Shown: positions 17,740 to 26,507 of the stretch, in pieces
Numbering within the stretch: position 1 is the first letter of the stretch
Layout of the letters: each line of letters starts with the position of its first letter
NCBI GenBank assembly: GCA_964543955.1
Contig: CAZJBN010000001.1
Location: 56,837-120,836, forward strand
Length of the DNA stretch: 64,000 nt
Direction of reading: 5' to 3'
Source: an uncultured Bifidobacteriaceae bacterium
GTDB taxonomy: Bacteria; Acidobacteriota; Vicinamibacteria; Vicinamibacterales; UBA2999
Made by a program: the position numbers and the translations under genes
Notes under the pieces: generated by a model
What the model was told of the DNA's origin: nothing
Seen by the model: only the letters and a program-made list of their open reading frames with translations
Databases searched by the model: none

Positions 17740-20283
17740 ATGCTGGACAACCTGGTTCAAGACGTGCGTCACGCCGTGCGGGGCCTGCTTCGAACGCCAG
17801 GCTTCGCGCTCGTCACCATCCTCACGCTCGCCCTCGGCATCGGCGCCAACACCGCCATCTTCTCGATCGTCAACGGCGTGATCCTGCGGCCGCTCCAGTA
17901 TCCCGAGCCGGATCGCCTGATGTACCTGACGACGCGTTTTCCGAACATGGGCTTCGACCAGTTCTGGGTCTCGCCGCCCGAGTACTTCGAGTTTCGCGAG
18001 CTGAACCAGTCCTTCGCCGAGGTGGGCGCGTTCACGACGGGCGAGGTCAACCTGCTGGCGGGCGATCGGCCGTGGCGCGTGCGGTCCGCCTCGGTCACCG
18101 ACGATCTGATGCGCGTGCTCGGCGTGCAGCCCGCCGAAGGCCGGCTCTTCGCGAAGGGCGAAACGGATGTGACGGGCAGCGCCGGACCGCCCGGATCACC
18201 GCCGCCGCAGCCTCCTCAGGTCGCCATCCTCTCGCACGAGCTGTGGCAGACCGCGTTCGGCGGCGGGGCCGTGCTGGGCGACACCGTCGAGGTCAACGGC
18301 GTGCGGCGGGAGATCATCGGCATCATGCCGCCCGGCACCGACGTCATGGACAACCGGACCGAGATCTGGCTGCCCATCGGCCTCAATCCCGCGAATCGGC
18401 AGAATCGCGGCAGCCACTTCCTCTACCTGATCGGACGGTTGAAGGACGGCGTCTCGCCCCGGCAGGCCGACACCGAACTCCAGTCGCTCATCGCGAACTG
18501 GGGCGAGCGCGTGGGGGTCAAGCAACACGTCTTCGCGCCGGCGCCAACCGGCGACGCGGCCGCCGGCCCGGGCGCCGGTCACGTGCTGCAGATGGAGCCG
18601 ATCGCCGAGGAGATCGTCGGCGGCGCCAGCCGCGCCATCTGGGTACTCCAGGCCGCCGTGGGATTCGTGCTGCTGATAGCCTGCGCCAATCTCGCCAATC
18701 TGCTCCTCGCGCGCGCCGAATCGCGCCAGCGCGAGTTTGCCGTGCGCGCCGCGATCGGCGCGGGCCGTGGCCGTCTCCTCGCGCAGTTCATGACCGAAGG
18801 CGTCCTGCTCTCGCTGGCCGGCGGGCTCCTCGGCCTGCTGTTCGCACGGCTCGGCGTGCAGGCCATCCTTGCGGCGTATCCGACGAGCCTGCCTCGCACG
18901 ACGGAGGTTGCCGTCGATCCGGCCGTGCTGCTGTTCACGCTGGCGGTCTCTGTCGCGACGGGCGTGATCTTCGGTCTGACGCCGCTCCTGCACACGCGTG
19001 CGGGTGGATTGGCGGCGGCGCTCAAGGAAGGCGGCGCGCGAGGGGCGACCGGCGCCGCGCGTCACCACGTTCGCCGCGGCCTCGTGATGGCGGAAGTCGC
19101 CCTCGCCGTGATGCTCGTCATCGGCGCGGGGCTCCTCATGCGAACGGTCTACAACCTGGCCACGGTGGATGCCGGGTTCGATCGCTCACGCCTGGTCACC
19201 TTCTCGCTCACCGTGCCGGTGGTGAACTACGCGCAGCCCGGCGATCGCGCTCAGTTCTACGATCGCCTGCTCCGCCGGTTGCGCGAACTGCCAGGCGTGC
19301 AGGGCGCTTCGGCCATGTCGGGCCTGCCCCCTGACCGGCCGGTGAACGCCAACGACACCGACATCGACAACTACACGGCGCCTCCGGAAGGCCCGTTCGA
19401 GAACGTCGACTACTACCAGCAGGTGATGACCGACTACTTCGAGACGATGGGCATTCCGATTGTCGAGGGACGCGGATTCGTCGCCACCGATGCCGCCGCC
19501 GAAGGGCCCGTGGCCGTCGTCAACGAGACGCTCGTCAACACGTTCTGGCCAGGACAGAACCCGATCGGACAGCGGCTCCGGCCGTCAGGAGGCCCCCAGG
19601 TCCAGATCCCGTGGTTCACCGTTGTCGGCGTGGCGAAGGACGTCAAGCAGGGTGGCGTCGATCAGAAGACCGGCACCGAGTTCTACTTCCTCGTCGATCA
19701 GACCGCGAACGTCAAGCTGTTCGGCGGTGTCGGACAGGCGCCGTCCACGATGAACATCGTGATGCGGACGACGCTGCCGTCATCGGCGCTCGCGGCGACC
19801 GTCGAGGGCGTCGTGCGGGAGGCGGATCGTGCCGTGCCGGTCGTGCGCCTGCGCGACATGGGCGCCGTGTTCGACGAGTCGATCCGCCGGCCGCGGCTTC
19901 TCGCGCAGCTCCTCGGCGCGTTTGCCGGCCTTGCACTGCTCCTCGCGGCCATCGGAACCTACGGGGTCCTGTCCTACATGGTGGCCGAACGCCGCCGCGA
20001 GATCGGCATTCGGATGGCGCTCGGTGCCGACCAGCGGAGCGTGCTGGGGCAGGTCCTCGCCCAGGGATTGACGCTCGCGGGAATCGGTGTCGCCGCGGGT
20101 CTGGCCGGCGCGTATGCCCTCAGTACGCTCATCGCGTCGCTGTTGTACGGGGTGCAGCCCACCGATCCGGCCACGATCGCCGGCGTCGTCGGCACGATCG
20201 GCGTGGTCGCCGCCATCGCCTGCCTGGTGCCCGCCTACCGCGCGTCGCGCGTCGATCCGCTGGTCGTATTGCGGGACGAGTGA
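17740..20283 (+). CDS. ADOP-family duplicated FtsX/MacB-like ABC permease
   Basis: 847 aa. The N-terminus (VQDVRHAVRGLLRTPGFALVTILTLALGIGANTAIFSIVNGVILRPLQYPEPDRL) and two FtsX 4-TM modules with large periplasmic domains match what I recall of the acidobacterial duplicated orphan permease family (TIGR03434). Confidence 0.92.
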   Translation: MLDNLVQDVRHAVRGLLRTPGFALVTILTLALGIGANTAIFSIVNGVILRPLQYPEPDRLMYLTTRFPNMGFDQFWVSPPEYFEFRELNQSFAEVGAFTTGEVNLLAGDRPWRVRSASVTDDLMRVLGVQPAEGRLFAKGETDVTGSAGPPGSPPPQPPQVAILSHELWQTAFGGGAVLGDTVEVNGVRREIIGIMPPGTDVMDNRTEIWLPIGLNPANRQNRGSHFLYLIGRLKDGVSPRQADTELQSLIANWGERVGVKQHVFAPAPTGDAAAGPGAGHVLQMEPIAEEIVGGASRAIWVLQAAVGFVLLIACANLANLLLARAESRQREFAVRAAIGAGRGRLLAQFMTEGVLLSLAGGLLGLLFARLGVQAILAAYPTSLPRTTEVAVDPAVLLFTLAVSVATGVIFGLTPLLHTRAGGLAAALKEGGARGATGAARHHVRRGLVMAEVALAVMLVIGAGLLMRTVYNLATVDAGFDRSRLVTFSLTVPVVNYAQPGDRAQFYDRLLRRLRELPGVQGASAMSGLPPDRPVNANDTDIDNYTAPPEGPFENVDYYQQVMTDYFETMGIPIVEGRGFVATDAAAEGPVAVVNETLVNTFWPGQNPIGQRLRPSGGPQVQIPWFTVVGVAKDVKQGGVDQKTGTEFYFLVDQTANVKLFGGVGQAPSTMNIVMRTTLPSSALAATVEGVVREADRAVPVVRLRDMGAVFDESIRRPRLLAQLLGAFAGLALLLAAIGTYGVLSYMVAERRREIGIRMALGADQRSVLGQVLAQGLTLAGIGVAAGLAGAYALSTLIASLLYGVQPTDPATIAGVVGTIGVVAAIACLVPAYRASRVDPLVVLRDE

Positions 20284-20285
20284 AG

Positions 20286-20332
20286 AATTGGCGATTGACT
20301 GGGCGGGTGATGGCCGATTGTTGAAGATTGGG
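20286..20332 (+). repeat. GATTG-rich module directly after the permease stop (inverted copy of the 24.3-kb block)
   Basis: AATTGGCGATTGACTGGGCGGGTGATGGCCGATTGTTGAAGATTGG. By eye it shares about 30 of 42 positions with the reverse complement of 24270-24313. Confidence 0.5.
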
Positions 20333-20566
20333 TGGCGTCGACGCGGGACACGGTTCCCGCCGCATCTCGTGAGAACGCGCGCCAGCACGAAACCTCGCGA
20401 ATGGTCTCCCGGCTGGACCTCTGTGCGTCTCGCCGAACAACAGCCTGGCGCTTGGCGCTCGAGATCGCGCTGGTCGACATGGAACGCACGCCTGAGTCGT
20501 CTTGGCACGTTTGCCTTGTATCTTGATTCCACAGCGCTGCGTGTAGTAGCCTCGGCGGACTCGTGA

Positions 20567-20584
20567 TTAGCCCGGATTATTCAC
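20567..20584. repeat. IS1380 left terminal inverted repeat
   Basis: TTAGCCCGGATTATTCAC. This is the exact reverse complement of 22238-22255. Confidence 0.85.
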
Positions 20585-20674
20585 GAGTCGGTCTGATTCC
20601 GCACAGATGGAAACGCCTCCGAGTGGTACAAAGGCCTTGCTGAAGGAACCTTTCGCCACACGGAGGCGTCGCTG

Positions 20675-22048
20675 TTGAACGACCCCACGGTACCACAGAC
20701 TGTTCTCTTCCCCGACCTCTTTGATCGGCCTCTGGTCGCCACGTTCGATCAGGCGCACGCCAGCTCGGATGGCGGTGCGATTCTGCTCAAGGCCGCGGAT
20801 CGATCGCTCGGCCTGATCAGCGGTCTGGCCAAGGCGCTGCCCGACCCGCGGGCGGCGACGCGGGTGACCCACCCGTGGTCCGACGTGCTCGCGCAGCGGA
20901 TCTTCGGGATCGCGTGCGGCTATCCCGATGCGAACGACGCCGACGGCTTGGCGGAGGATCCGATCCAGAAACGCCTGCTCGATCGCGATCCGATCACGGG
21001 TGGGCGGCTGGCGTCGCAGCCGACGGTGTCGCGTTTCGAGAATGCGATCAGGCCACGGGCGCTCTACGGCCTGGGCGAGGCGCTGACCGACACCGTGATC
21101 GCCCGCCACCGTCGGCGGAAACACCACGCGCGCCGCATCACGATCGACCTCGACGTGACCGAGGATGCCACGCACGGGGCGCAACAACTCACCTTCTTCA
21201 ATGGCTTCTACAGTGGCTGGTGTTACCTGCCGCTGATGGCCTTTCTGACCATCGACGACGAGCCGCGCCAGTATCTCGTCGCCGCGGTGCTGCGCCCGGG
21301 CAACGCCGCCACCGCGGTGGGGGCGCAGAGCCTGCTGCGGCGCCTCATCCCGAAAGTATGGGCCGCCTTCCCGCGCGCCCGCGTCCGGGTCCGCCTGGAC
21401 GGCGGCTTCGCCACGCCGGCTCTCTTCGACGAGCTCGAGGCCGCTGGCGTGGAATACGTCGTGGCCATGGCCAAGAATCAGGTGCTGGAGACGACCGCCG
21501 CCCCCCTGCTTGCCGAGGCGCGCACCCAGGCGGAGGCCACTGGGGCGTCGGCACGGGTCTTCGGCGAGACCCGCTATCAGGCCAAGACCTGGCCGCATCC
21601 ACGCCGTGCCGTGATCAAGGCCGAAGTCGTCGTCCACCCCGGGCGCGAGCTGCGCGACAACCCGCGCATCGTCATCACGAATCTGCGGCATCGGCCCGAG
21701 CGGCTGTATCGCGAGATCTACTGTGCGCGCGGCGACAGCGAGAACCGGCTCAAAGAACTGCATCACGACCTCGCAGTGGGCCGCACCAGCTGCTCGCGCT
21801 TCTGGGCCAACCAACTGCGGGTGACCCTGACGGCGGCGGCGTACGTCCTGCTGCAGGAACTCCAACTGCGCGCCGACCGCACGTCGCTCGCGCGGGCCCA
21901 GGTCGGCCGCCTGCGCCTCGTGCTGCTCAAGATCGGCGTGCGCGTCACGCGCTCCGTCCGCCGATTCGTGCTGCATCTGCCACGCGCCCACCCCGACCCG
22001 CACGCGTGGCAGGCGATCGCCGCCAGCTTCGGCGCCGTCCGCGCCTGA
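20675..22048 (+). CDS. IS1380 family transposase (DDE)
   Basis: 457 aa with a TTG start. Blocks typical of the IS1380/DDE_Tnp_1-group family are present: SSDGGAILL, QRIFGIACGYPDANDAD, RITIDLDVTEDATHGAQQ, RLDGGFA and YCARGDSENRLKEL. Confidence 0.9.
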   Translation: MNDPTVPQTVLFPDLFDRPLVATFDQAHASSDGGAILLKAADRSLGLISGLAKALPDPRAATRVTHPWSDVLAQRIFGIACGYPDANDADGLAEDPIQKRLLDRDPITGGRLASQPTVSRFENAIRPRALYGLGEALTDTVIARHRRRKHHARRITIDLDVTEDATHGAQQLTFFNGFYSGWCYLPLMAFLTIDDEPRQYLVAAVLRPGNAATAVGAQSLLRRLIPKVWAAFPRARVRVRLDGGFATPALFDELEAAGVEYVVAMAKNQVLETTAAPLLAEARTQAEATGASARVFGETRYQAKTWPHPRRAVIKAEVVVHPGRELRDNPRIVITNLRHRPERLYREIYCARGDSENRLKELHHDLAVGRTSCSRFWANQLRVTLTAAAYVLLQELQLRADRTSLARAQVGRLRLVLLKIGVRVTRSVRRFVLHLPRAHPDPHAWQAIAASFGAVRA

Positions 22049-22237
22049 CCCGCTCCCCACTCGACGTCGCACCGCCGACACGACAGCCGACGTGTGTCTC
22101 CTCGGTCACGATCGCGCGTCCCCGCTCGTGTCGCACCCCTCACGCGCGCCTCGTCAGGCGCTCCACCGGGGGCCCAGGCGCGCCCTGGCCTTCGCGAGCC
22201 ACCCACGCCGCTGCCGCACCGCTTTGCATCAGCTCTG

Positions 22238-22255
22238 GTGAATAATCCGGGCTAA
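22238..22255. repeat. IS1380 right terminal inverted repeat
   Basis: GTGAATAATCCGGGCTAA. Confidence 0.85.
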
Positions 22256-22370
22256 ATCCTGGGAACTCCATCGCAAGACAATCACCTCCTTATAAGACGG
22301 CTCGATTTCGCTAGTATCTCACCGATTCTGTGCGGACATATTTTGTAATCGATTCGCGGGTCGCAGACGG

Positions 22371-23878
22371 TTGTCGATCCAAAATGTCGTACTTGTACAG
22401 CGATCGCGAGCCTGCCATGAATGCAGCGTGCCGCAACGGCCGACACTCGACGGCGATCAAGAACCACGAGCAATCGATGAACTGCGCGAACGCGCGGAGC
22501 ACGAACGGGATCGCTTGCGCCAAGAGTTGGAACGTGCCGAACGCGAACGGGATGGTCTGCGGCGTGAAAACGATCGGCTGAAGCGGCAACTTGAGGACGC
22601 GCGGCGTGCCGCCCACCGTCAAGCGGCCCCCTTTGCGAAACCGATGATCCGCCAGCCGCGACGGCCTGGGACGGAAGCCGGCGTCCACTACGGGCCGAAA
22701 GCCCAACCGCGTCGACCGTCGGGCGTCGATGAGCGACACGCCGCACCGCTGCCGGGCGCGTGTCCGGACTGTGGCGCCGGCCTCCGCGAAACGCGGGTCG
22801 CGACACAGTTTCAAGAGGAACTGCCGGTCCCTCGCATTGTCGTGCGCGAGTTTCGCATTCACATCGGCGCCTGCCGCCGGTGTGGCCGACGCGTGCAGGG
22901 GCGCCACCCGCTGCAGACCTCGGATGCGCTCGGCGCGGGTCAGTGCGCAACTCGGCGCGCAGGTGATCGCGTTCGCCGTGATTCTAAACAAACAGCTCGG
23001 CCTCTCGTTCGGCAAGATCGCGACACTGCTGCGCCAACCAACAGTACGGGTTGACCGTGACCCGCAGCGGCCTGGTCCATGCCGTGCATCGCGCCGCGCG
23101 TCAGGCGCAGCCGACGTATGCCGCCTTGTGTGACCAGGTGCGCGGCAGCCCGGTCGTGGCCCCCGATGAAAACAGCTGGAAGATCGCCGGCCACCCGCAC
23201 TGGCTCTGGACGACGACCACTCGAGCCACGACCGTGTATTTGATTCTCGCCGGGTGTGGCTATCCTGAGGCGGCCACGCTGCTGGGCGAAGGCTTCGCCG
23301 GTGTGATCGTGCGTGACGGCTGGGCCCCGTATCGGCGCTTCACGAAAGCGATCCATCAGACCTGTCTCGCACATCTGCTGCGGCGGTGTCGGCTGCTCAA
23401 GGCCGACCACCCGCGCGCGGCCTTCGTCACGACCGTGCAACAGATTCTGCGGCAGGACCTTGGTCCTCCGGGACCGTCACCTCGCGGGGGCGGGTCAGCC
23501 CATGGCCTCGCGGTCGCACGCTGCCACCTGGTCGAACGCCTCAGTCGTTGCCTCGATCGCCCCGGCACGGTGGCCGACGTGCGTCGCTTCGCGGCGCACC
23601 TCGAGGTCGAGTGGCCGGCGCTCTTCACGTTTCTCTTCGATCCGACCACGATCGACGCGACCAATTGGCGCGCCGAACAGGCCCTGCGCCCCGCCGTGGT
23701 CACCAGAAAAATCTGTGGCGGGAACCGCTCGCCACACGGCGCTACGAGCCGGCAGGTCCTCGCCTCCGTCGTCCGCACCGCGCACCAGCGGCACCTCAAT
23801 CCGCACGACGTGCTCGTCTCGATGTTGCGGGCGCGCACACCGACCGCGTCAGTCGCACTCCACGATCGCACCCGGTAG
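22371..23878 (+). pseudogene. IS66-family transposase (TnpC-like), disrupted by two frameshifts
   Basis: The reading is spread over three frames. Frame 1: coiled-coil N-terminus (DELRERAEHERDRLRQELERAERERDGLRRENDRLKRQLEDARR) plus a zinc finger (CPDCG...CRRCG). Frame 2, from about 22935: SAQLGAQVIAFAVILNKQLGLSFGKIATLLRQ. Frame 3, from about 23045: the DDE core (VVAPDENSWKIAG...WLW...GVIVRDGWAPYRRF...QTCLAHLLR). No tnpA/tnpB and no clear terminal inverted repeats were found. Confidence 0.75.
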
Positions 23879-23901
23879 ACTGAACCCGCCAATCAATCAC
23901 C

Positions 23902-24215
23902 ATGTTTTCCGTGCAGATTAAGCTCCCGATTTCACGTGGGTTGCGGTATCACTGTGCCAAGATCGTGGACTGCCACCGTCTCTACCTCGAACACCTGAGT
24001 ACCATTGACCGCATCGCACACGAAGTGGCGCGGCGATATCGCGCGCCGAACACGTTCTCGAGGGCTTCGTCAGCACAGTTCGGGCTCGCATGCTCGAAGA
24101 CGATTGCCGAGTGTTCCGAGAGTACCGGGAGCGGAGTTCCCCAGCGACCTATCTGACTACGGTTATCGCGCGGCTGTTTCTCGACGCCCGCAACCAGACA
24201 TCGGGCCGATGGCGA
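23902..24215 (+). pseudogene. ECF-type sigma-70 factor fragment (region 2 only, frameshifted and 3'-truncated)
   Basis: Two frames joined near 24045 read ...CHRLYLEHLSTIDRIAHEVARRYRA / AEHVLEGFVSTVRARMLEDDCRVFREYRERSSPATYLTTVIARLFLDARNQTSGRW. This fits the sigma region-2 pattern (acidic-hydrophobic helix, FRGxSS-like block, TYL/TWL, xxLDxxR). The sequence then runs into the repeat block, and no region 4 follows. Confidence 0.45.
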
Positions 24216-24313
24216 TTGGGCGATTCCGATCGGGCGATTCCGATCGGCGATCAATCACCAATCGCCAATCTCCAATCACTCAACAATCACTCAATCACCC
24301 GATCGCTCAATCG
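24211..24313. repeat. low-GC composite repeat block (14-mer tandem plus CAATCNC heptamer array)
   Basis: GCGATTCCGATCGG occurs twice in perfect tandem (24220-24233 and 24234-24247). CAATCAC/CAATCGC/CAATCTC/CAATCAC are in tandem at 24252-24279. Further CAATC units lie at 24284-24290, 24292-24298 and 24308-24313. GGCGATTGG (24211-24219) is the reverse complement of CCAATCGCC (24259-24267). The block ends at the oligopeptidase stop codon. Confidence 0.75.
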
Positions 24314-26449
24314 TCATTTCTCGATTGCCATCGCCTTCGCGGCAAACGCCCACTGGTCGGCCCGCTCGGCAATGAGCTTGTCGGTCGGCCGGTACCCGTG
24401 CGACCCTGCCACTTCCACCCGGATCAAGACGGGATTGTCGCAACTCTGGGCCGCCTGTAGCGCCGCGGCGTACTTGAACGAGTGGCTCGGGACCACGCGG
24501 TCGTCGTGGTCGGCGGTCGTGATGAGCGTCGCGGGGAAGCACGTCCCCGGCTCGATGTTGTGGATGGGCGAGTACCTGATCAGGAACCCGAACTGGTCGG
24601 GATTGGCCGCCGAGCCGTACTCGCCGACCCAGAGACGCCCGCCGGTGAAGCGATCGTAGCGGAGCATATCCATTACGCCCACCGCCGGGAGCGCGACGGC
24701 GAACAGGTCCGGCCGCTGGTTGATCACGGCGCCGACGAGCAGCCCGCCGTTCGATCCGCCCATCGCACCGAGCCTGGCCGGTGAGGTGATCTTCTCGGCA
24801 ATCAGGTGCTCGGCGACGGCCGTGAAGTCGTCGAAGACGTTCTGCTTCTTCTCGAGCATGCCGGCCTTGTGCCACGCTTCGCCGTACTCCGAGCCTCCAC
24901 GCATGCTGGCCGTGACCCATACGCCGCCCATCTCCAGCCACGCCGGGACATCCTGCCGATAGGTAGGCAGCATCGTGACCGAGAAGCCGCCGTAGCCGTA
25001 GATCATGGTCGGGTTGCTGCCGTCGCGCGGAAGGTCCTTCCGCGACGTGCGGAAGTACGGCACGCGCGTGCCGTCCTTGGACGTGGCAAAGCCCGCCACG
25101 GTCTCGTACTGGCTGACATCGACCGGCGGCGTCGGGGCTTCGAACGCCGTGCTCTGCTGCGCTGTGGGGTCGTAGAGATAGACCGTCGCCGGCGTGAGCG
25201 GCGAGCTGAAGCTGTACCAGATGTCTGGCGTGTCCTCGCGGCCGCTGATGCCCGAGACCGTGCCGGTCCCCGGAAGCGCGATCTCCCCGAGGTCCGCGCC
25301 GTCGAGGGCGAACATCCTGAGACGGCTCTGCACGTCCACGAGATACTGCGCCACGACGCGTCCGCCGATGACGGCGACGCTCTCGAGCGCCTCCTTCTGC
25401 TCGGGCACGACGGTCGTCCAGTTGGTGGGCGCGGGCTGGCGGATGTCGACGGCAATGACCTTGCGATTCGGCGCATCCTTGTCCGTCCGAAGGTACAGAA
25501 CAGGCCCCGTGTTGCCAATCGGCGCGTATTCGGCGTCGTCGGTTTCGATGAGCGGCTTGATCTCGGCACCGATGTCAGGGGCGTTCGGCGAACGGAGATC
25601 GGCGTAATAGAGGCGGTTCTCGTTGCCCGAGCCTTCGGCCATCACCACGAGCAGGTAGCGGCCATCCTCGGTGACGCCGCCGCCGACGATCCACCCTGGC
25701 AGGTCCTTGCGTTCGTAGATCAGCCGGTCCTCTGATTGCGGTGTGCCGACGCGGTGGTAGTAGATGGCCTGGCCCGAGAGCGCGGCCTCGAGCACCTTGC
25801 CCGCGGGCGGCTCGGGGTAGCGCGAATAGAAGAAGCCCTTCGAGTCCTTCGTCCAGGAGATCCCCGAGAAGCGCATCCACCTGACCTCGTCCGGCAGATC
25901 CTTTCCGGAGGCGATGTCGCGGACCTTGAGCGTGCGCCAGTCGGCACCGCCCTGCGACAGGCCATAAGCCAGCAGCCTGGCGTTCGGCGACGGCATGTAC
26001 TGCGCGAGCGACAGCGACCCGTCCTCGGAGATGACGTTGGGGTCGATGACCAGCTTCGACTCGGCCGCCCAGTTGGCGCGCATGAACAGCGGGGACTGCC
26101 GCTGCAGACCCGTGTTGCGGGAGTAGAAGAGCTGTCCGCCCTGCATGATCGGAATGCTCACCCTCGGGTAGTTCCAGAGCGCGGTCAGCCGTGTCACAAG
26201 GGAGTCGCGATGCGGAAGCGAAGCGAGGAAGGGCTCGGTGATCGCGTTCTGGGCTGCAATCCACTCGGCCACGTCCTTTGACTCGAGGTCCTCCATCCAT
26301 CGGTACGGGTCGGGGACCTTCGTGCCGTGCAGGTCGTCGACCACCTCGCCCCTGGGGGTTGGCGGATAGGGGAGCGTCGAGCCGGGCGGTTCAGCGGGGC
26401 TGCAGGCCATGGCAAATGCGAGGAGCGCGAGCAGGAAGCAACGGGTCAT
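24314..26449 (-). CDS. prolyl oligopeptidase (S9A), lipoprotein
   Basis: 711 aa. Lipobox LLAFAMAC. N-terminal DPYRWMEDLES motif, beta-propeller region, catalytic GGSNGGLL serine block and C-terminal HG. Confidence 0.93.
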   Translation of the reverse strand: MTRCFLLALLAFAMACSPAEPPGSTLPYPPTPRGEVVDDLHGTKVPDPYRWMEDLESKDVAEWIAAQNAITEPFLASLPHRDSLVTRLTALWNYPRVSIPIMQGGQLFYSRNTGLQRQSPLFMRANWAAESKLVIDPNVISEDGSLSLAQYMPSPNARLLAYGLSQGGADWRTLKVRDIASGKDLPDEVRWMRFSGISWTKDSKGFFYSRYPEPPAGKVLEAALSGQAIYYHRVGTPQSEDRLIYERKDLPGWIVGGGVTEDGRYLLVVMAEGSGNENRLYYADLRSPNAPDIGAEIKPLIETDDAEYAPIGNTGPVLYLRTDKDAPNRKVIAVDIRQPAPTNWTTVVPEQKEALESVAVIGGRVVAQYLVDVQSRLRMFALDGADLGEIALPGTGTVSGISGREDTPDIWYSFSSPLTPATVYLYDPTAQQSTAFEAPTPPVDVSQYETVAGFATSKDGTRVPYFRTSRKDLPRDGSNPTMIYGYGGFSVTMLPTYRQDVPAWLEMGGVWVTASMRGGSEYGEAWHKAGMLEKKQNVFDDFTAVAEHLIAEKITSPARLGAMGGSNGGLLVGAVINQRPDLFAVALPAVGVMDMLRYDRFTGGRLWVGEYGSAANPDQFGFLIRYSPIHNIEPGTCFPATLITTADHDDRVVPSHSFKYAAALQAAQSCDNPVLIRVEVAGSHGYRPTDKLIAERADQWAFAAKAMAIEK

Positions 26450-26507
26450 GAGTCACCTTTGAGATCTCGAGGCGATGCCGGCCCACGCTGACGCGCGGCA
26501 TGGACGG

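Larger units (their letters stand above)
20567..22255 (+). mobile_element. IS1380-family insertion sequence, apparently intact
   Basis: 1689 bp bounded by perfect 18-bp inverted repeats. It contains a single 457-aa DDE transposase ORF. No matching flanking direct repeat is visible (left flank GTGA, right flank ATCC). Confidence 0.85.

Noticed and set aside
20341-20566. Possible missing 3' half of the sigma gene or another gene fragment between the GATTG module and IS1380
   Set aside because: None of the six frames gives a sigma region-4-like or otherwise recognisable peptide, so I left it as unassigned non-coding sequence.
20567-22081. 504-aa ORF on the - strand spanning the IS1380 element
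   Set aside because: It is the mirror frame of the transposase gene. The + frame carries the DDE transposase blocks, while the - frame is Arg/Gly-rich nonsense.
23931-23939. TTCACGTGG, resembling half of a parS (TGTTTCACGTGAAACA) site
   Set aside because: Only one half-site matches and the other arm is absent. No parAB genes are nearby.
24211-24313. Possible CRISPR-like array
   Set aside because: The units are 7-14 bp and directly abutting, with no spacers of 25-40 bp, and no cas genes are in the window. It is a micro/minisatellite-type block.
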